In this document: positions 38,690 to 52,967 of the stretch, piece by piece
Position numbering within the stretch: the stretch's first letter is position 1
How the letters are laid out: the number at the start of each line of letters is the position of its first letter
Assembly: GCF_001194135.2 (NCBI RefSeq)
Contig: NC_069002.1
Span: 23,650,101 to 23,714,100, forward strand
Origin: Octopus bimaculoides
Lineage: Eukaryota
Reading direction: 5' to 3'
DNA length: 64,000 bases
Notes under the pieces: model-generated
Told to the model about the DNA's origin: nothing
The model's database searches: none
Seen by the model: the letters and a program-made list of their open reading frames with translations, nothing else
Made by a program: the position numbers and the translations under genes

Positions 38690-39189
38690 CATAGCACATT
38701 TATATACATGGGTGCACACACAAACACACACACACACACAGTGGCTGTGTGTTAAGTAGCTTGCTTACCAATCACATGGTTCCGAGTTCAGTCCCACTGC
38801 ATGGCACCTTGGGCAAGTATCTTCTCCTATAGCTTCAGGCTGACCAAAGCCTTGTGAGTGGATTTGGTAGATGGAAACTGAAAGAAGCCCGTCGTATATA
38901 TCTATATATATGTGTGTGTGTGTGTGTGTGTGCGTGCATGTGTGTGTGCGTGTGTGTGTGTGTGCTCATGTGTGTTTGTGTTTGTCTCCCCACCATCGCT
39001 TGACAACCGATGCTGGTGTGTTTATGTGCCCGTAACTTAGCGGCTCGGCAAAAGAGACCAATAGAATAAGTACTAGGCTTACAAAGAATAAGTCCTGGGG
39101 TCGATTTGTTTGACAAAAGGTGGAGCCCCAGCATGGCCACAGTCAAATGACTGAAGCAAGTAAAAGAATAAAAGAATATATGTTATGAT

Positions 39190-39490
39190 TGTTTGTTCCT
39201 TCTTGAGCCATGCCTGGCTCATAAGGGACAGTTTCCTGGTTTCATTGGCGTATAGGTTCCCCTCCTGGATGGGACGCCAGTCCATTGCAGGTGAACTACT
39301 AAATGCAGGAGGAAAGAGTGAGAGAAAGTTGTGGCAAAAGAGTCAGCAGAAGTTCGCCATTACCTTCTGCCAGACCACGTGCAGCTTAGGTGTTTCATTT
39401 ATAAACACACACATTGCCCGATCTGAGATTCAAACTCACAATCCTTCAACTGCAAGTCTGCTGCTCTAACCACTAGGCCATATGCCTCCA
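39190..39490 (-). mobile_element. tRNA-derived SINE (further family)
   Basis: The reverse strand starts ggcatatggcctagtggttagagcagcagacttgcagttgaaggattgtgagtttgaatc, a tRNA-like A/B box head. Confidence 0.7.
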
Positions 39491-39635
39491 CAATACACAT
39501 ATATACACACTAAAATTCGTATAACTTAATATGTAACACATTGAAATGTATTTGGATGTTATAAGATCTTTAACTGTGGAGATAATCCCTGAAGAAAATT
39601 CTCCATCAAGACAAGAGTCTTGATTGTGATGATGA

Positions 39636-39670
<35 letters not shown>

Positions 39671-40352
39671 TCATCTTCATTTAACGTCCGCTTTCCATGC
39701 TAGCATGGGTTGGACGATTTGACTAAGGACTGACAAGCCAGAAGGCTGCACCAGTCTCCAATCTGATCTGGCAGAGTTTCTACAGCTGGATGCCCTTCCT
39801 AACGCCAACCACTCCGAGAGTGTAGTGGGTGCTTTTATATATAGGTGCAGGAGTGGCTGTGTGGTAAGTAGCTTGCTTACCAACCACATGATCCCTGGTT
39901 CAGTCTCACTGCATGGCACCTTTGGCAAGTGTCTTCTACTGTAGCCTCAAGCCAATCAAAGCCTTGTGAGTGGATTTGGTAGATGGAAACTGAAAAGAAG
40001 CCTGTTACACACACATACACATCTGTGTGTCTTCATGTCTGTGTTTCTTCCCACCACCACCACTTGAAACCAGTGTTAGTGTGTTTACAATCCTGTAAGT
40101 TAGCAGTTCAGCAAAATGAACCTGATAGAATAAGTATTAAGCTAAACATAAATAAATAAATAAATAAATAAATAATTACTGGAGTTGATTTGTTGAACTG
40201 GAAATTCTTCAAGCTGGTGCCCCAGCATGACCTCAGTCCAATGACTAGAACAAATAAACGAGTAAAAAAGAGTAAGGCGGTGCCCCAGCATGGTCTCAGT
40301 CCAGTGACTGAAACAAGTAAAAGATAAAATCTATGTAGATAAGTGTGTATAC

Positions 40353-40521
40353 CTTTTGCTGAAGTAACATCAGCAAATGCCAGAGCCGTGCTTGTGAATA
40401 AAGTTCCTTGATAAATTTATTCCACTCCGAGTTACAGAACACTTCCCTGCAATCTTCCATGATAGATCTGTTTGAAACCTGCGACCAAACAGTGCTATTC
40501 TTCACAATTGCCATATAAAAT
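40353..40521 (-). CDS. Probable 169-bp coding exon of an unidentified gene (xFYMAIVKNSTVWSQVSNRSIMEDCREVFCNSEWNKFIKELYSQARLWHLLMLLQQK)
   Basis: Strong acceptor tttattctatttatag|, donor aag|gtatac. Unique sequence open for 56 codons with a protein-like composition; phase 2->0. Confidence 0.6.
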
Positions 40522-41263
40522 CTATAAATAGAATAAACAATTCACTCGCACGTAACCAGATTTCGTACAGATGCAGACTTATCCATGGGGTTTGCTTCTC
40601 TTTTATCCTTTTACTGCAGCAAATAGTTCGAAGTTAAACATGAGTCTGACGAAAGAATCTGGGAATTGTTTAAAAACACAACATAACAAAATAAATGGAA
40701 TAATTTCAGTTAATTAATTTGTCCAAATCACAACTTTTTTGAAAATGATTTCTTTATTGTAGTGGGATCTTATCCTCTTCCGAATTTGTAAGAAGAGATG
40801 GGCTGGATGGGGGAGTAGTTTGTGTGATATTGAGAATTCAATGATGTAATCATTTTCAGAACATTTATAGTTTTTTTTCCTGTTTTTTTTTCTTTTAATA
40901 TTTTACTCTGTTTATTTCATCAATCACACATGACAAAATAAACAAGCAAAAGTAAACAATACAGGAAACCACAGCAAAATAATAATAATAATAATAATAA
41001 TTATAATAATAATAATAGCAAGGATAATAATAGCAAAAATAAGAATAACGAAAATAACTAATAATAATAATAATAATTTGAATAATAATAATAATAATAA
41101 TAATAATAGTAATAATAATAATAATAGTTGCCATGAGAATAATAATAATGATAATAATGATAATAATGATAATAATAATAATAATAATTGTCATGATAAT
41201 AATAATAAAATGATAATAGTAATGATAATAGTAAAAATAAGAATAATAAAAATAACTAACAAT

Positions 41264-41307
<44 letters not shown>

Positions 41308-44300
41308 TAACAATGATAATAATGAAAATCAAATAAATAAATTTGAAATCAGTTGGAAGAAAGAAGGTTATTGAGGATGTGGTGGCGGTGGTGTTGGAAG
41401 AGAAGGAGGAAGTAGGGTGGTGTAATCGGTGGTGATGGTAGGGAAATTATTGGTGATATTCCTCATCAGAAGTTTATTATGCAAGATTATTCAAGCAGTG
41501 TCTTTCATTAAAACAAATGATGAAAATAAAGAAGATTTTAAAACGATGATCAAGACGCCGGCGCTTTCATTTGGAAGATAGCTATTTTTCACTTTGATAA
41601 AAATAACAAAAAAAACAAAACAAGGCAAATTTTGTTAACAACGGCAACAGCAACAACAACAACTAATTGTTACAGCTTATCAATGTGGTCAAAAATAGCT
41701 GCAACATCTACGACTATGATTACAGCATCAAGCAAACAAATGAGTTGATGGGAAACACAATAATGGAATAGGAATGATTCCAGTGAATGGACAGGCTGCG
41801 CAGGGTTTCAATTTGTGAGTAGTGCTATTCTTTTATTTGTTTCACAGTCATTTGAATGCAGCCATGCTGGGGCACCACCTTAAAGGGCTTTAGTTGAACA
41901 AATTGACCCCCAGGACTTATTCTTTGTAAGCTTAGTATTTATTCTATCGGTCTCTTATGCTGAACTGCTAAGTGATGGGGACATAAATACACAAGGAAAA
42001 GTTAAGTGATGGCAGGGGGACAAATACAGACACGCATGCATAAATATATACACATATATATGTATGTATATATATATATATATATATATATTTTCAGGTT
42101 TAAATAAAAACAATAACAAACAAAAAATTTGACATACCTACGTATATTCTTTTATNNNNNNNNNNNNNNNNNNNNNNNNNNNNNNNNNNNNNNNNNNNNN
42201 NNNNNNNNNNNNNNNNNNNNNNNNNNNNNNNNNNNNNNNNNNNNNNNNNNNNNNNNNNNNNNNNNNNNNNNACAAATTGACCCCCAGGACTTATTCTTTG
42301 TAAGCTTAGTATTTATTCTATCGGTCTCTTATGCTGAACTGCTAAGTGATGGGGACATAAATACACAAGGAAAAGTTAAGTGATGGCAGGGGGACAAATA
42401 CAGACACGCATGCATAAATATATACACATATATATGTATGTATATATATATATATATACGATAGGCTTCTTTCAGTTTCCGTCTACCAAATTCACTCACA
42501 AGTCTTTGGTTGGCCCGAGGCTTTTGTAGAAAACACTTGCTCAAGGTGCCATGCAGTGGGACGGAACCCGGAACCATGTGGTTGGGAAGCAAGCTTCTTA
42601 CCACACAGCCACTCCTAAAAAAACAAAAACATGTAGTGAATAAACAAACAAACATATTCTAAATACACAGGTGAACAGGGAACACAGAAGATGACCAACT
42701 CCTTATCAATTATCAGCCAGAGAGTTGAACACAATTTAAGCCATTATTGATAAGATTGCTTCCAATCAATAATGGCTGAAATTGCATTTGACCCACTGAG
42801 GAGTTGGTGGCCTTCTGTGTTCTCTGTTCACCTGTGTATTTAGCAAATATATGTTTGTTTATTTACTACACATTGTTTTTTTTTTTTAATTATATATATT
42901 TAATTAGGTATGTTAAATTTTCCGTTTGTTGTCTTTTTATTTAATCTTGAAAATATTATTTATGTAACACATGCACTCCTTAATTTTTTGCTCGTATGTA
43001 TATATATAGATATATATATATATATATATACACGACTGGCTTCTTTCAGTTTCCATCTACCAAATCTACTTGCAAGGCTTTTGTTGGCCCGAGGTTATAG
43101 TAGAGGACACTTGAACATGGTGCCACACAGTGGGACTGAACCCGGAACCATGTGGTTGGGAAGCAAGCTTCTTACCACATAGCCATACCTGCACCTTTAC
43201 AATGCCAACATGTTTGGGAAAGGCATCATCATCACAACTTCGTATTATCTTCCTTACATTTGAGCTAACTTTTAATGTTGGCGTTTAACTCTGCTCTTCC
43301 TTAGACTTAAATGGATGACGTCTTTTGGTTTCTTTTATTTTTTACTTGTTTTAGTCATTTGAGTGTGCCATTCTGGAGCAAAGCCTTGAAGGGTTTAGTT
43401 GAATGAATTACTCTCTCAGTGTTTATGTTTTTTAAGCTTGGTACTTAGGGTGTTGGTCTCATTTATGAACTGCTAAGTCACAGAGATGTAAACAAACCAA
43501 CACCATTTATCAAGCAGTAATTGGGGACAAGCATGAACACAAAGATGCATGAATACCCCCCCCCCACTCACATATATACATATATCTGTATATGTATATA
43601 TATACATATACATGTATACATACATATATATGTATGTATGTATGTACAGGGTGCAGTGAATAAATTGTCGTCTAAATTATGCAAAAATGAAAATAACACC
43701 GACATTTCATTTTAACAGATATATTTACCAAAGTTACATAAAAATATCTTAAAATGGAGAACTTGACCTCAGCAAGATCTGAACCTATAAAATTAATGAT
43801 TACAGGGAATACTTTGTACCTGTACACTTTTATATTCTCTGTTACCATTTGTGGCACTGCCATTTCTAGTAACTAATAATAACTTTAACCAAGAGAAATT
43901 GAACGTGCTCGGGTAAATAGAGAAAAAATTGATTTTTTAAGTATTTTAATGCTGGACGAAGAAGAAAAATTGGTTTTTTAATGAATTTTAATTGATAGCC
44001 TCAAATAAAATTTGCTGAAATTCAAATTTGTTGTATGACATCATCCAAGAACTTTCACAATCTTTCGATTCTCCAGTCTTTGTCTCTTTTGCATCTCTGA
44101 TCTGTGCCTCATCTGCTAACAGACCAATTTGGTCCACAACCAAAAATCCTTTTTTCTTCTTTCCCAACCTGTTGGCTTCCTTTTATTTCTTTTCTTCTCC
44201 TCTTTTATTTCCATCACATTTCTTTCTCTTCCTTCTTGTTCTAATTCTTCTTCTTTTCTACCTTTTTCTTCTTCTCTATATACTCCTCCTCCTCCTCCTT

Positions 44301-44359
44301 CTCCTCCACTTTATTCTCCTCTACCCTCTCTCCTTCTCCTCTTCCTTCTTCTTGTCCTT

Positions 44360-44645
44360 AACATTCTGGGTTCAAATCTTGTTGAGATCATCTTTGACTT
44401 TCATCCCTCTGGGTCCCATCACATATCTACCTGCTTCACAACATTGCACATGCACCCCCCACACACCCACACACATACACATACTACACCTGGATCTGCT
44501 TAAGCTTAGCAAGCAAACTGGGATTATTGGTCCACTTGAGAATCTCTTTGTCAAGATTTTCACCCTTGCCATTTTCTGTTTGGAATGTTCCTTAATCAAG
44601 TGTTTTAACATTAAACTGGTACAGCACCCAGGTTTCAGCACCATA
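44360..44645 (-). mobile_element. RTE LINE fragment
   Basis: YGAETWVLYQFNVKTLD..., and G.RGMKVKDDL further on. Confidence 0.6.
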
Positions 44646-44653
44646 TCTATTTG

Positions 44654-44714
<61 letters not shown>

Positions 44715-44741
44715 TTATCTATCTATCTATCTACCTGTCTG

Positions 44742-44824
<83 letters not shown>

Positions 44825-44845
44825 GCCTCTCTCTCTCTCTCTCTC
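44645..44845. repeat. (TCTA)n/(TCTG)n/(CT)n compound microsatellite
   Basis: Direct reading. It accounts for much of the spurious 297-aa ORF. Confidence 0.95.
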
Positions 44846-45199
44846 TGAAGCTTGTTTTCCAACCACATGGTTCCGAGTTCAGTCCCACTGCATAGCACCT
44901 TGGGTTAGTGTCATTTATTAATGCCTTGGGCCAATCAAAGCCTTGTGAGTGGACTTAGTAGATGGAAACTGAAAGAAGCCTGTCATATACATATATATGT
45001 TTGTGTGTTTGTGTTTGTCCCCCCACCATCACTTGACAACCAATGCTGGTGTGTTTATGTCCCCGTAACTTAGCAGTTTGGCTAAAGAAACTGATAGAAT
45101 AAGTACTAGGCTTACAAAGATGTCCTGGGGTCAATTTGTTCAAATAAAGGCGATGCTCCAGTATGGCCACAGTCAAATGACTGAAACAAGTAAAAGAGT

Positions 45200-45880
45200 T
45201 AGGCAATGACTAGTGACTGAGACCTTTGGAGATATGCTGTGCTTGAGAAGACCCAACAAGCCAAGTAAGACTATAACCCATAGCCTATGCCAGTAGGTGT
45301 AACCAGCCCACTTATGAGTGTCCCTCATCCATCGGGTAGTAAACTTTGCTTGCAAAGACCTGTTGAGGCAAGTGAAATAAAAATCAAAATCGCTGATGTG
45401 GTCAATGACAGTTCCGCCTAATTGGCACTCATGCCAGTGAAACATTAAAAGCACCATCCAAGCGTGATTGTTGCCAGAGCCGTTGGTTGGCTCCCTTGCT
45501 AGTGGCACATAAAAACCACCATTCAAGCATGATCATTGACAGCATCACCTTACTGGCACATGTGCTGGTGGAACGTGAAAAACAACATTCAAGCATGGTC
45601 GTTGCCAGTGCCACTGGACTGACTCCCATGCAGGTAGCACATAAAAAACACCTTTTGAGCGTGGTCGTTGCCAGAACCGCCTGACTGGCCCTCGTGCTGG
45701 TAGCACGTAAAAACACCTACACTCTCGGAGTGGTTGGCGTTAGGAATGGCATCCAGCTGTAGAAACTCTGCCAGATCAGATTGGAGCCTGGTGCAGCTTT
45801 CTGGCTTACCAGACCTCAGTCAAACTGTCCAACCCATGCCAACATGGAAAGCGGATGTTAAAGGACAACGATTATGATGA
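45200..45880 (+). mobile_element. RTE 3' end with full 3' UTR containing a ~60-bp tandem array
   Basis: ORF-end sequence gacctttggagatatgctgtgcttgagaagaccc, then about 5 units of tgccagtggcacgtaaaaagcacc..., then the family-B terminus and (GAT)n. Confidence 0.8.
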
Positions 45881-46489
45881 TATATATCAAACATGAGGAT
45901 ACATGGCCTAGATGTTAGGGTGTAACATTGCACTCAGAGTTGCAAGATTGTAGTTTCAATTCCTGGACAAAGTGCATCGTGTTCTTCAGTGAGCAAAACA
46001 CTTTGTCTCACATTGCTCTGCAATCATTTTGACATCTGATATATGGCACACTTTGCACCTGTACAGGTAATGTCAATTTAATGGTGGGAATGAGCAAATG
46101 TGTAGTACAAGCATTTGATCATTATCAACAAATCATCCGTGCAGGTTGTTCTGCAAGAAATTGTTGAACCCTCATCTGTCGCTTGTGACAGGGGAATCGA
46201 CCAGATGAACGAGTGTGCTTCCATGCATGACAGATTATCTGTGAGTTTAAAGCTTGGTAATTGCTTCCACATTAAACATCTGTTTCCTATGCAATGTGAA
46301 TTCAAACATCACACCAAATGGTAGGTTAAAGTGCAGGTTTGAAGCCACATCATATAATAAGAAATGCTGAAAATGTTATTAGTATCCTTATGCCAAATAC
46401 AAGGATCAGCTGAAGAGTTCATAGATCAACCAAGGTACTCTCATGGAATACGACCAAATGAGGTTTATTTTTCAGCATGCCCCACCCGC

Positions 46490-47420
46490 TTAGTGGTTCA
46501 CACCTTCCTTTTGTTGGTGTTGCAGTGCTTGGATCCCATTGGTGAAGAAGCTTCCATCCTGTTGATCAAAAAAAAGTCATCAACAGCAGATATGACATCA
46601 TCATCATCATCACTGTAATACTGGTTCCCAGCCAAGTATTTTTGCTGTTGGGAAACAGATGATAGTGAGATAGAGCCAAATCAGAAGAACAGGGAAGATG
46701 ATCAACCAGCTGAAGGCCACAGTCATGTACAGCAGCCATTGAAATGAAGGAATTGTGTGCATTGACCTCATGAAACAAGACCCCTTTTGTCAGTGTCCCT
46801 GGCCATTTGGTCTTGATAGCTTTTCACAACTGCCTCAGCATGTTAGCAGAATACTCTCCGTTATTGGTCTGACCCTTTTGCATTCCAACAAACCAAAGCC
46901 ATCACCTTCCTTGCTGACGAAACAACGACCTTGACCTTCTTTGGAGCAGGTGAGGAGGGGGTGTTTCTACCGCATGGATTCTCTCTTTGTCTCTGGCTCA
47001 AAATAATGAAGCCAACACCCATCCTGGATGAAAAAAACATTCAAGGAAACCAACTGGATCTGCCTCATATAATGTCAGATTTTTGCATGATGTGGCCAGC
47101 CTGGTGCACTTTTATCAGGTGCCAGAAGACGTGATACCCACAGAGGAAAAACCTTTGTCATGGCAAGTTCATTGTGCAGAATACTCTCAACTCTCTGGCA
47201 GGATAAGCTAATAGCATTGACTCTTTGATTCGTAGTCAGTCATCTGTCATCCATCACCATGTGGTGAACATGATCAATGCTTTCCTCTGTGATGATAGTT
47301 GCAGGACATCCAGACATCGAGTCATCTTCAAGATTCTCCTTTCCCCTCCTAAATTCAGCTGCCCATTTTTGCATTGATGATAAAGCTGGAGTGGTCATCC
47401 CCAAATATAGCAACCATATC
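46490..47420 (-). mobile_element. Mariner (DD34D-type) transposase pseudogene
   Basis: MQKWAAEFRRGKENLEDD..SGCP; HLPCSSDLALSHYHLFP (a decayed YSPDLAP motif); DDDVISAVDDFF..GIQALQH. Confidence 0.85.
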
Positions 47421-48330
47421 AACTTGATTGTCCTTGGAGGCTAAACCATTTATCTGCATTCAGGGCCCAAATCTCACTACCATGTGGTATTGCTGTCCAT
47501 ATACATGCATCAGACAATCTTCCTTTCACTTGAAGAGAAAAACCTTTGATTGCCAGCAAAGGTAAAAGCTCTCTGAATTTCCTCCATTCTATTCTTATTC
47601 TAGCGATTACACTTTCCATACATCCTCCCTTACTACTAATTAGACCCCCTGGATACCAGAAGTTATCCACTACCTCTAAAGAGTCTCCAGGGCATTTGAA
47701 AGAATCATATTCCTGTGTGTCTATTGCTTTTATGACTCTTGAGCATCTTCTGCATATGAACACTATTTTCGCTGATAACTTCTGTATTATTCCATTGCAC
47801 CTCTTATATGACCATAGCTTGCATTGAGTAAACTGTAAGGACTTCCTGCCTACATTTTTCCTACGTCTTTCTGAAGGGAGAAGAGTTCTATCTGTTTTCT
47901 TGCACATTAAAACCTTATCCTTTGCTATGTTAACCTTGATGCCCTTCAATTCCAGATTTTGCATCCACACCCGGAATGTCTTTTCCAGTTCTATCACTGT
48001 ATAAGCAATGAAAGCAAGATCTTCAGCATATATACCCAGGGGCAGCTAGTCTTGAATTTTTCTTCTATGGCCTGGAGGACCTAGATGAAAAGGAGGGGAC
48101 TAGGAACCAATACCTGATGAATGCTTACCTGTACACCAAATTCATCACTGTACTCATGGTTAAATCTCATCTTACTGGTTGAGCTTTGGTACATGCCCAG
48201 TACAGCTTTCACAAGCCACTTGTCTACTCCTAGCTTCCTTAGAGCTCACCATATTATAACACAACAGGGTACCCTATCAAACATGTTCTCCAGATCAACA
48301 AATTACAATGGCTTTTTCATTCTTCGTTAA
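47415..48330 (-). mobile_element. RTE LINE reverse-transcriptase region, degenerate; abuts or truncates the mariner
   Basis: IYAEDLAF (YADD-like) at ~48021-48035; KGIKVNIAKDKVL; ARIRIEWRKFRELLPLL..GSEIWAL. Confidence 0.85.
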
Positions 48331-50259
48331 ATACTTCTCTTGCAGTTGCCTGGTTATGAAAATAGCATCGGTAGTGCTTCTTGAAAATAGTGCTGGCAGT
48401 GCTTTATACATACATACATACATACATATATAAGCATGTCTGTATACACACACACAAAATATACATATATCTCAATATATACAAAAGTATGTATATATGT
48501 ATACTAATGTGTTTGTGTGTATATATACTTATATATGTGTGTATGTGTCTGTTTTATATATGTGTGTAATTAAAATTTTACCTTTTGTTTATGCATGTTT
48601 TGTTAAAGAGATGACTTGAAATGCTATGAACCAATCTAATTTCGAGTTGGTTTTATTCTTTAGCTTCAATAAAGAAATCATTATCGGACGCAAATGCTGC
48701 TTTCCTCCACCAAACATTATTATTCAATATATCCATTTATAACCACAATAACGAAACTAAGTTAATTAGCACCAATAAGACACGAACACAATCTAAGAAA
48801 TCCATTTAGACACATATGCACAAAGCAATAAATACCCAAAGCATTTTCAATTAATAATGAAAACTGAAGACGCTATTTTAATAAAAAAAAAAATTGAAAT
48901 AAATAAGAAATGAAAAACAGTCTCTGTCTTTCTCTGTTCTGTTTTGTTAAACCACACCTCCAATATTTCAGCTGTGTCTTCCCACTAACAGCCAACCAAT
49001 CACAACCCAGTTTCTTCTATATAAGCCATCCAATCACATCACAATAGCCACCCGTTTAATCCATTCTAAAACTTGTGTATATCTTCCTCTTAACTAATCA
49101 CTAACAGAAATCCATTATTCATGTATTCGCTAACTTACTTTCCAGCTCTCGAGCTGTAACCTTTCTTTAATACTTTTATGCTGAAGAAGGCTACGGCTAC
49201 ACTTGTGTTCAAAAGCTCTGTTAATCCTTCTCCTTTGTGCAATAAACCTTATTCTGAACCTATGCCAAACATATTGCTTCTTGTCCTTCTCTATAGTGTT
49301 GTCTTATAAATGGTTTCTGATGTGATGTCAGCATAAATCTTAGTGTTCTCTTTTGTCTTTCGTTCTTTTACTTGTTTCAGCCGTCAGACTGTGGCCATGC
49401 TGGGGCACTACCCTCAGAAACTTTTGGTCAAACTAACTGACCCCAGTATTTATGTTCTGCTTAAGCCTCGTACTTATTTTATCAGTTTTTTGCTGAACCG
49501 CTAAGTTACTGGGATGTAAACACACCAAGACCAGTTGTCAAGCAGTGGTGGGAGACAAACACACACAACAGGCTTCTTTCAGTTTCCATCTCCCAAATCT
49601 ACTCACAAGGCTTTTGTTGGTCTGAGGCTATAGTAGAAGACATTTGCTCAAGATGCTATGCAGTGGGACTGAACCTGGAACCATGTGGTTTGAAAACAAG
49701 CTTCTTACCATACAGTCATGCCTGTGCTTATGTTGTATAAGATGAACATTTACCAGGTAGCCGTAGGCCTTGTTAACTCTCATACGGCCCTCATTGTTTA
49801 GTTTCAGTTCTGCTTTGATCAAAGAGATCTATAACTACAAGAATCCTGCCCCATGGCAATTTGTCTTTTGCCCAGGACCCTATAGCCCTACACTACTTTA
49901 TTCAATATAATATTCATTGCTTAGATGCTAAGGTTTTATTTGAGAAAAGTATGGCTGTTATTTCTAGTAAATAGAATTACTGCATTACTACTTTCTCGTT
50001 CGGCTCAAGCTCTTTAATGGTTCTGGGGTTGGCAGAGTGTAAATTATGTGCTGGGAAGGAACTCTGAAGTAATGCAGGTATGGGGAAAGAAGGTTTGGTA
50101 ACTTCTGAGACTGTGCATTGAGACAGCATAAAGGAGATGAGGGGTAGACAGACAAATGAATTGGATATGGGTTGGCAGATGATACACAGTTTTCTTAGGT
50201 AGAGAAATGAAAAGTATGTCTGTGTGTGTGTGTGTGTGTGTGTGTAAACAAATATATAC

Positions 50260-50343
50260 CTGTGTAAGCAAATCCTTTGATCTACTTTAACACTGTATAC
50301 ATGGTCATTCATACTGTAACTCTGGCTGCAGTACAGTATAAAT
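50260..50343 (-). CDS. Candidate 84-bp exon (xFILYCSQSYSMNDHVYSVKVDQRICLHx)
   Basis: Donor cacag|gtatat. Three in-phase AG acceptors. Phase 2->2 splices in frame onto 40353-40521 (…ICLHR FYMAIV…). Confidence 0.4.
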
Positions 50344-52327
50344 CTTAAAGATTATGATTATGTTACGCAATCTCTGAAGATTTGTTAATGTAATCTTCCT
50401 ATGAGCAAATCACTTCAAAGTATGAGTCAGACTGAATTTGATTGGGCAGAATGACTATGGCTGAATACCCTTCACCTATTTCGAAGTAATTTAATATTTC
50501 CCCATCAACAGATGTACCCATCATTGAAAACTGCAAAACTGTAAATGAGTGGTACCACTTGTATGATGATGACAATCATTTGGAAGTATCATATGATATC
50601 AAAACAAGGACACACGCACATTTATGTGCACACACACACATATAACACCAGCTGCTCTGTGAAGTGGTTAGCATTAGGAAGGACATCCAGCTATAAAAAC
50701 CATGCCAAAAGAGACAGTGGAGACTGGTGCAGCCCTCTGGTTTACTAGCTCCTGTCAAACCAATCAACCCATGCCAGTATGGAAGATGGATGTTAACTGA
50801 TGATGCTGCTGATGATGATAGGTATGGGTGCCACTAGCTGGTACAAAGTTTGCTTGCCAACCACATGGTTGTGAGTTCCACTGTGTGAGACCTAGCCTTA
50901 TGTCTTCTACTATAACCCCAGGCCAGCTGAAGCTTGTGTGAGTGGATTTGGTATTTGGTAGATAGAAAGTGAAAGAAGCTCATCACACACACACACACAC
51001 ACACACATATGCATACACACACATATGCATACACACACATATGCATACACACACATATGCATACACACACATATGCATACACACACAATGCATACACACA
51101 CATATGCATACACACACATGCACACGTGTGTGTGCGTGTGTACATGCCTGCATCTATGTTATTGTCTCCTTTCCTTGACATTGCATGATAATTGTAAGCG
51201 AGTGTCTGTCACCATCATGCAAGGAGTGCCCTTTGTTTCCAATCTTCCATGAAAACATGTCTGGCCTTGGGGAAATATTAATTTACTTGCAAGCAGGTGA
51301 GGTTTAGCAACAGGAAGGGCATCCAGCCATAAAAAATTCACCTCAACAAATTCTATTTGCCTCATGCCGGGATGGAAAGGTGTATATTAAACAATGATGG
51401 CAATGACAATGCAACAGGCTTCTTCCAGTTTCCATCCACAAAATCCATTCACAATGACAATGAGGAATGGTAGCAGTAGTGGTGGCGGGGTGGTAGCTGT
51501 GGGGTAGTGGTGGTGGTGGTGGTGGTGGTGGTAGGTATGGCATTTCTCGTTTACAGTTATAAACGTGGTGGGTCTTGCAGTCACCATCATTGTTGTTATT
51601 GTGACTGCAACAATTGATAGTATTGTTGCTGTTGCTGTGGTAGTGTTGGTTACTAGCTGTTTGTTTGTGGTAGTCATGGTAGTGACAGTGATGGCATTGT
51701 TCTCTCATTTCGGTTATTTGTATGATCTATTCACTTTAAGGGATAATTTTATAGGGAAGATGAGTAAGTCATGATTTCTGTAATATTTCAACAAGTCCAA
51801 CTTTGCATTTATAGAACTATTAATAAAAAAGTGTAAATCATTAAATTTCACTCAATTTAGATGTCTTTACATTGGAGTACAAATGAGAAATAAAAAAAAA
51901 ATCGATACAAACAAAAGTAATGAAATTATTTATGTAAGTTGAAGGTATTTATATGTGTGTCAATGAAATATATATACATGAAATTCACACACACATATAT
52001 ATATATATANNNNNNNNNNNNNNNNNNNNNNNNNNNNNNNNNNNNNNNNNNNNNNNNNNNNNNNNNNNNNNNNNNNNNNNNNNNNNNNNNNNNNNNNNNN
52101 NNNNNNNNNNNNNNNNNNNNNNNNNNNNNNNNNNNNNNNNNNNNNNNNNNNNNNNNNNNNNNNNNNNNNNNNNNNNNNNNNNNNNNNNNNNNNNNNNNNN
52201 NNNNNNNNNNNNNNNNNNNNNNNNNNNNNNNNNNNNNNNNNNNNNNNNNNNNNNNNNNNNNNNNNNNNNNNNNNNNNNNNNNNNNNNNNNNNNNNNNNNN
52301 NNNNNNNNNNNNNNNNNNNNNNNNNNN

Positions 52328-52360
<33 letters not shown>

Positions 52361-52864
52361 GTGTGTGTGTGTTTGGAAAATAATATATATGGGTTGGGTT
52401 GAAGAAATGTGTGTGACAGTCAAGGAAATATATGTATGTGCGTGTGTATGTATATGTGTATTATATATATATGTGTGTGTGTGGTGTAGAAATTTATGTA
52501 TGTATATATGTTGAAGAAAATTATATTTTTGTCAAAAAGGTATAAAATGTGTGTCAAAGAAATTTATATATATATATATATATTATGAGTGTCTGTGTGT
52601 ATGTGTATATACATATATATGTACACACACACACACACATATACAAATTAGTGTCTTAAAATTTGTATATGTGTGCTGGAGAAAATTATATATTTGTTGA
52701 AGAAATGTGTGTGTGTGTATGTATATACACACATGCATGCATGCATATATATAAGCGCACATTGTGTGGTAAAGAAATTTAATATATATGAATACATGCA
52801 TGGCCAGTGTGCGTGTGTGTGTATGCAACAAATATTTATATATGCATGTAAATATATCTATATC

Positions 52865-52967
<103 letters not shown>

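Noticed and set aside
19858-42460. Near-exact duplications across gaps (19858-19936, 35185-35296, ~41895-42460)
   Set aside because: These are overlapping contig ends either side of N-runs, i.e. assembly artefacts rather than tandem elements.
44028-44921. 297-aa ORF
   Set aside because: It is a composite of pyrimidine-rich low complexity, an antisense RTE fragment, (TCTA)n and a SINE.
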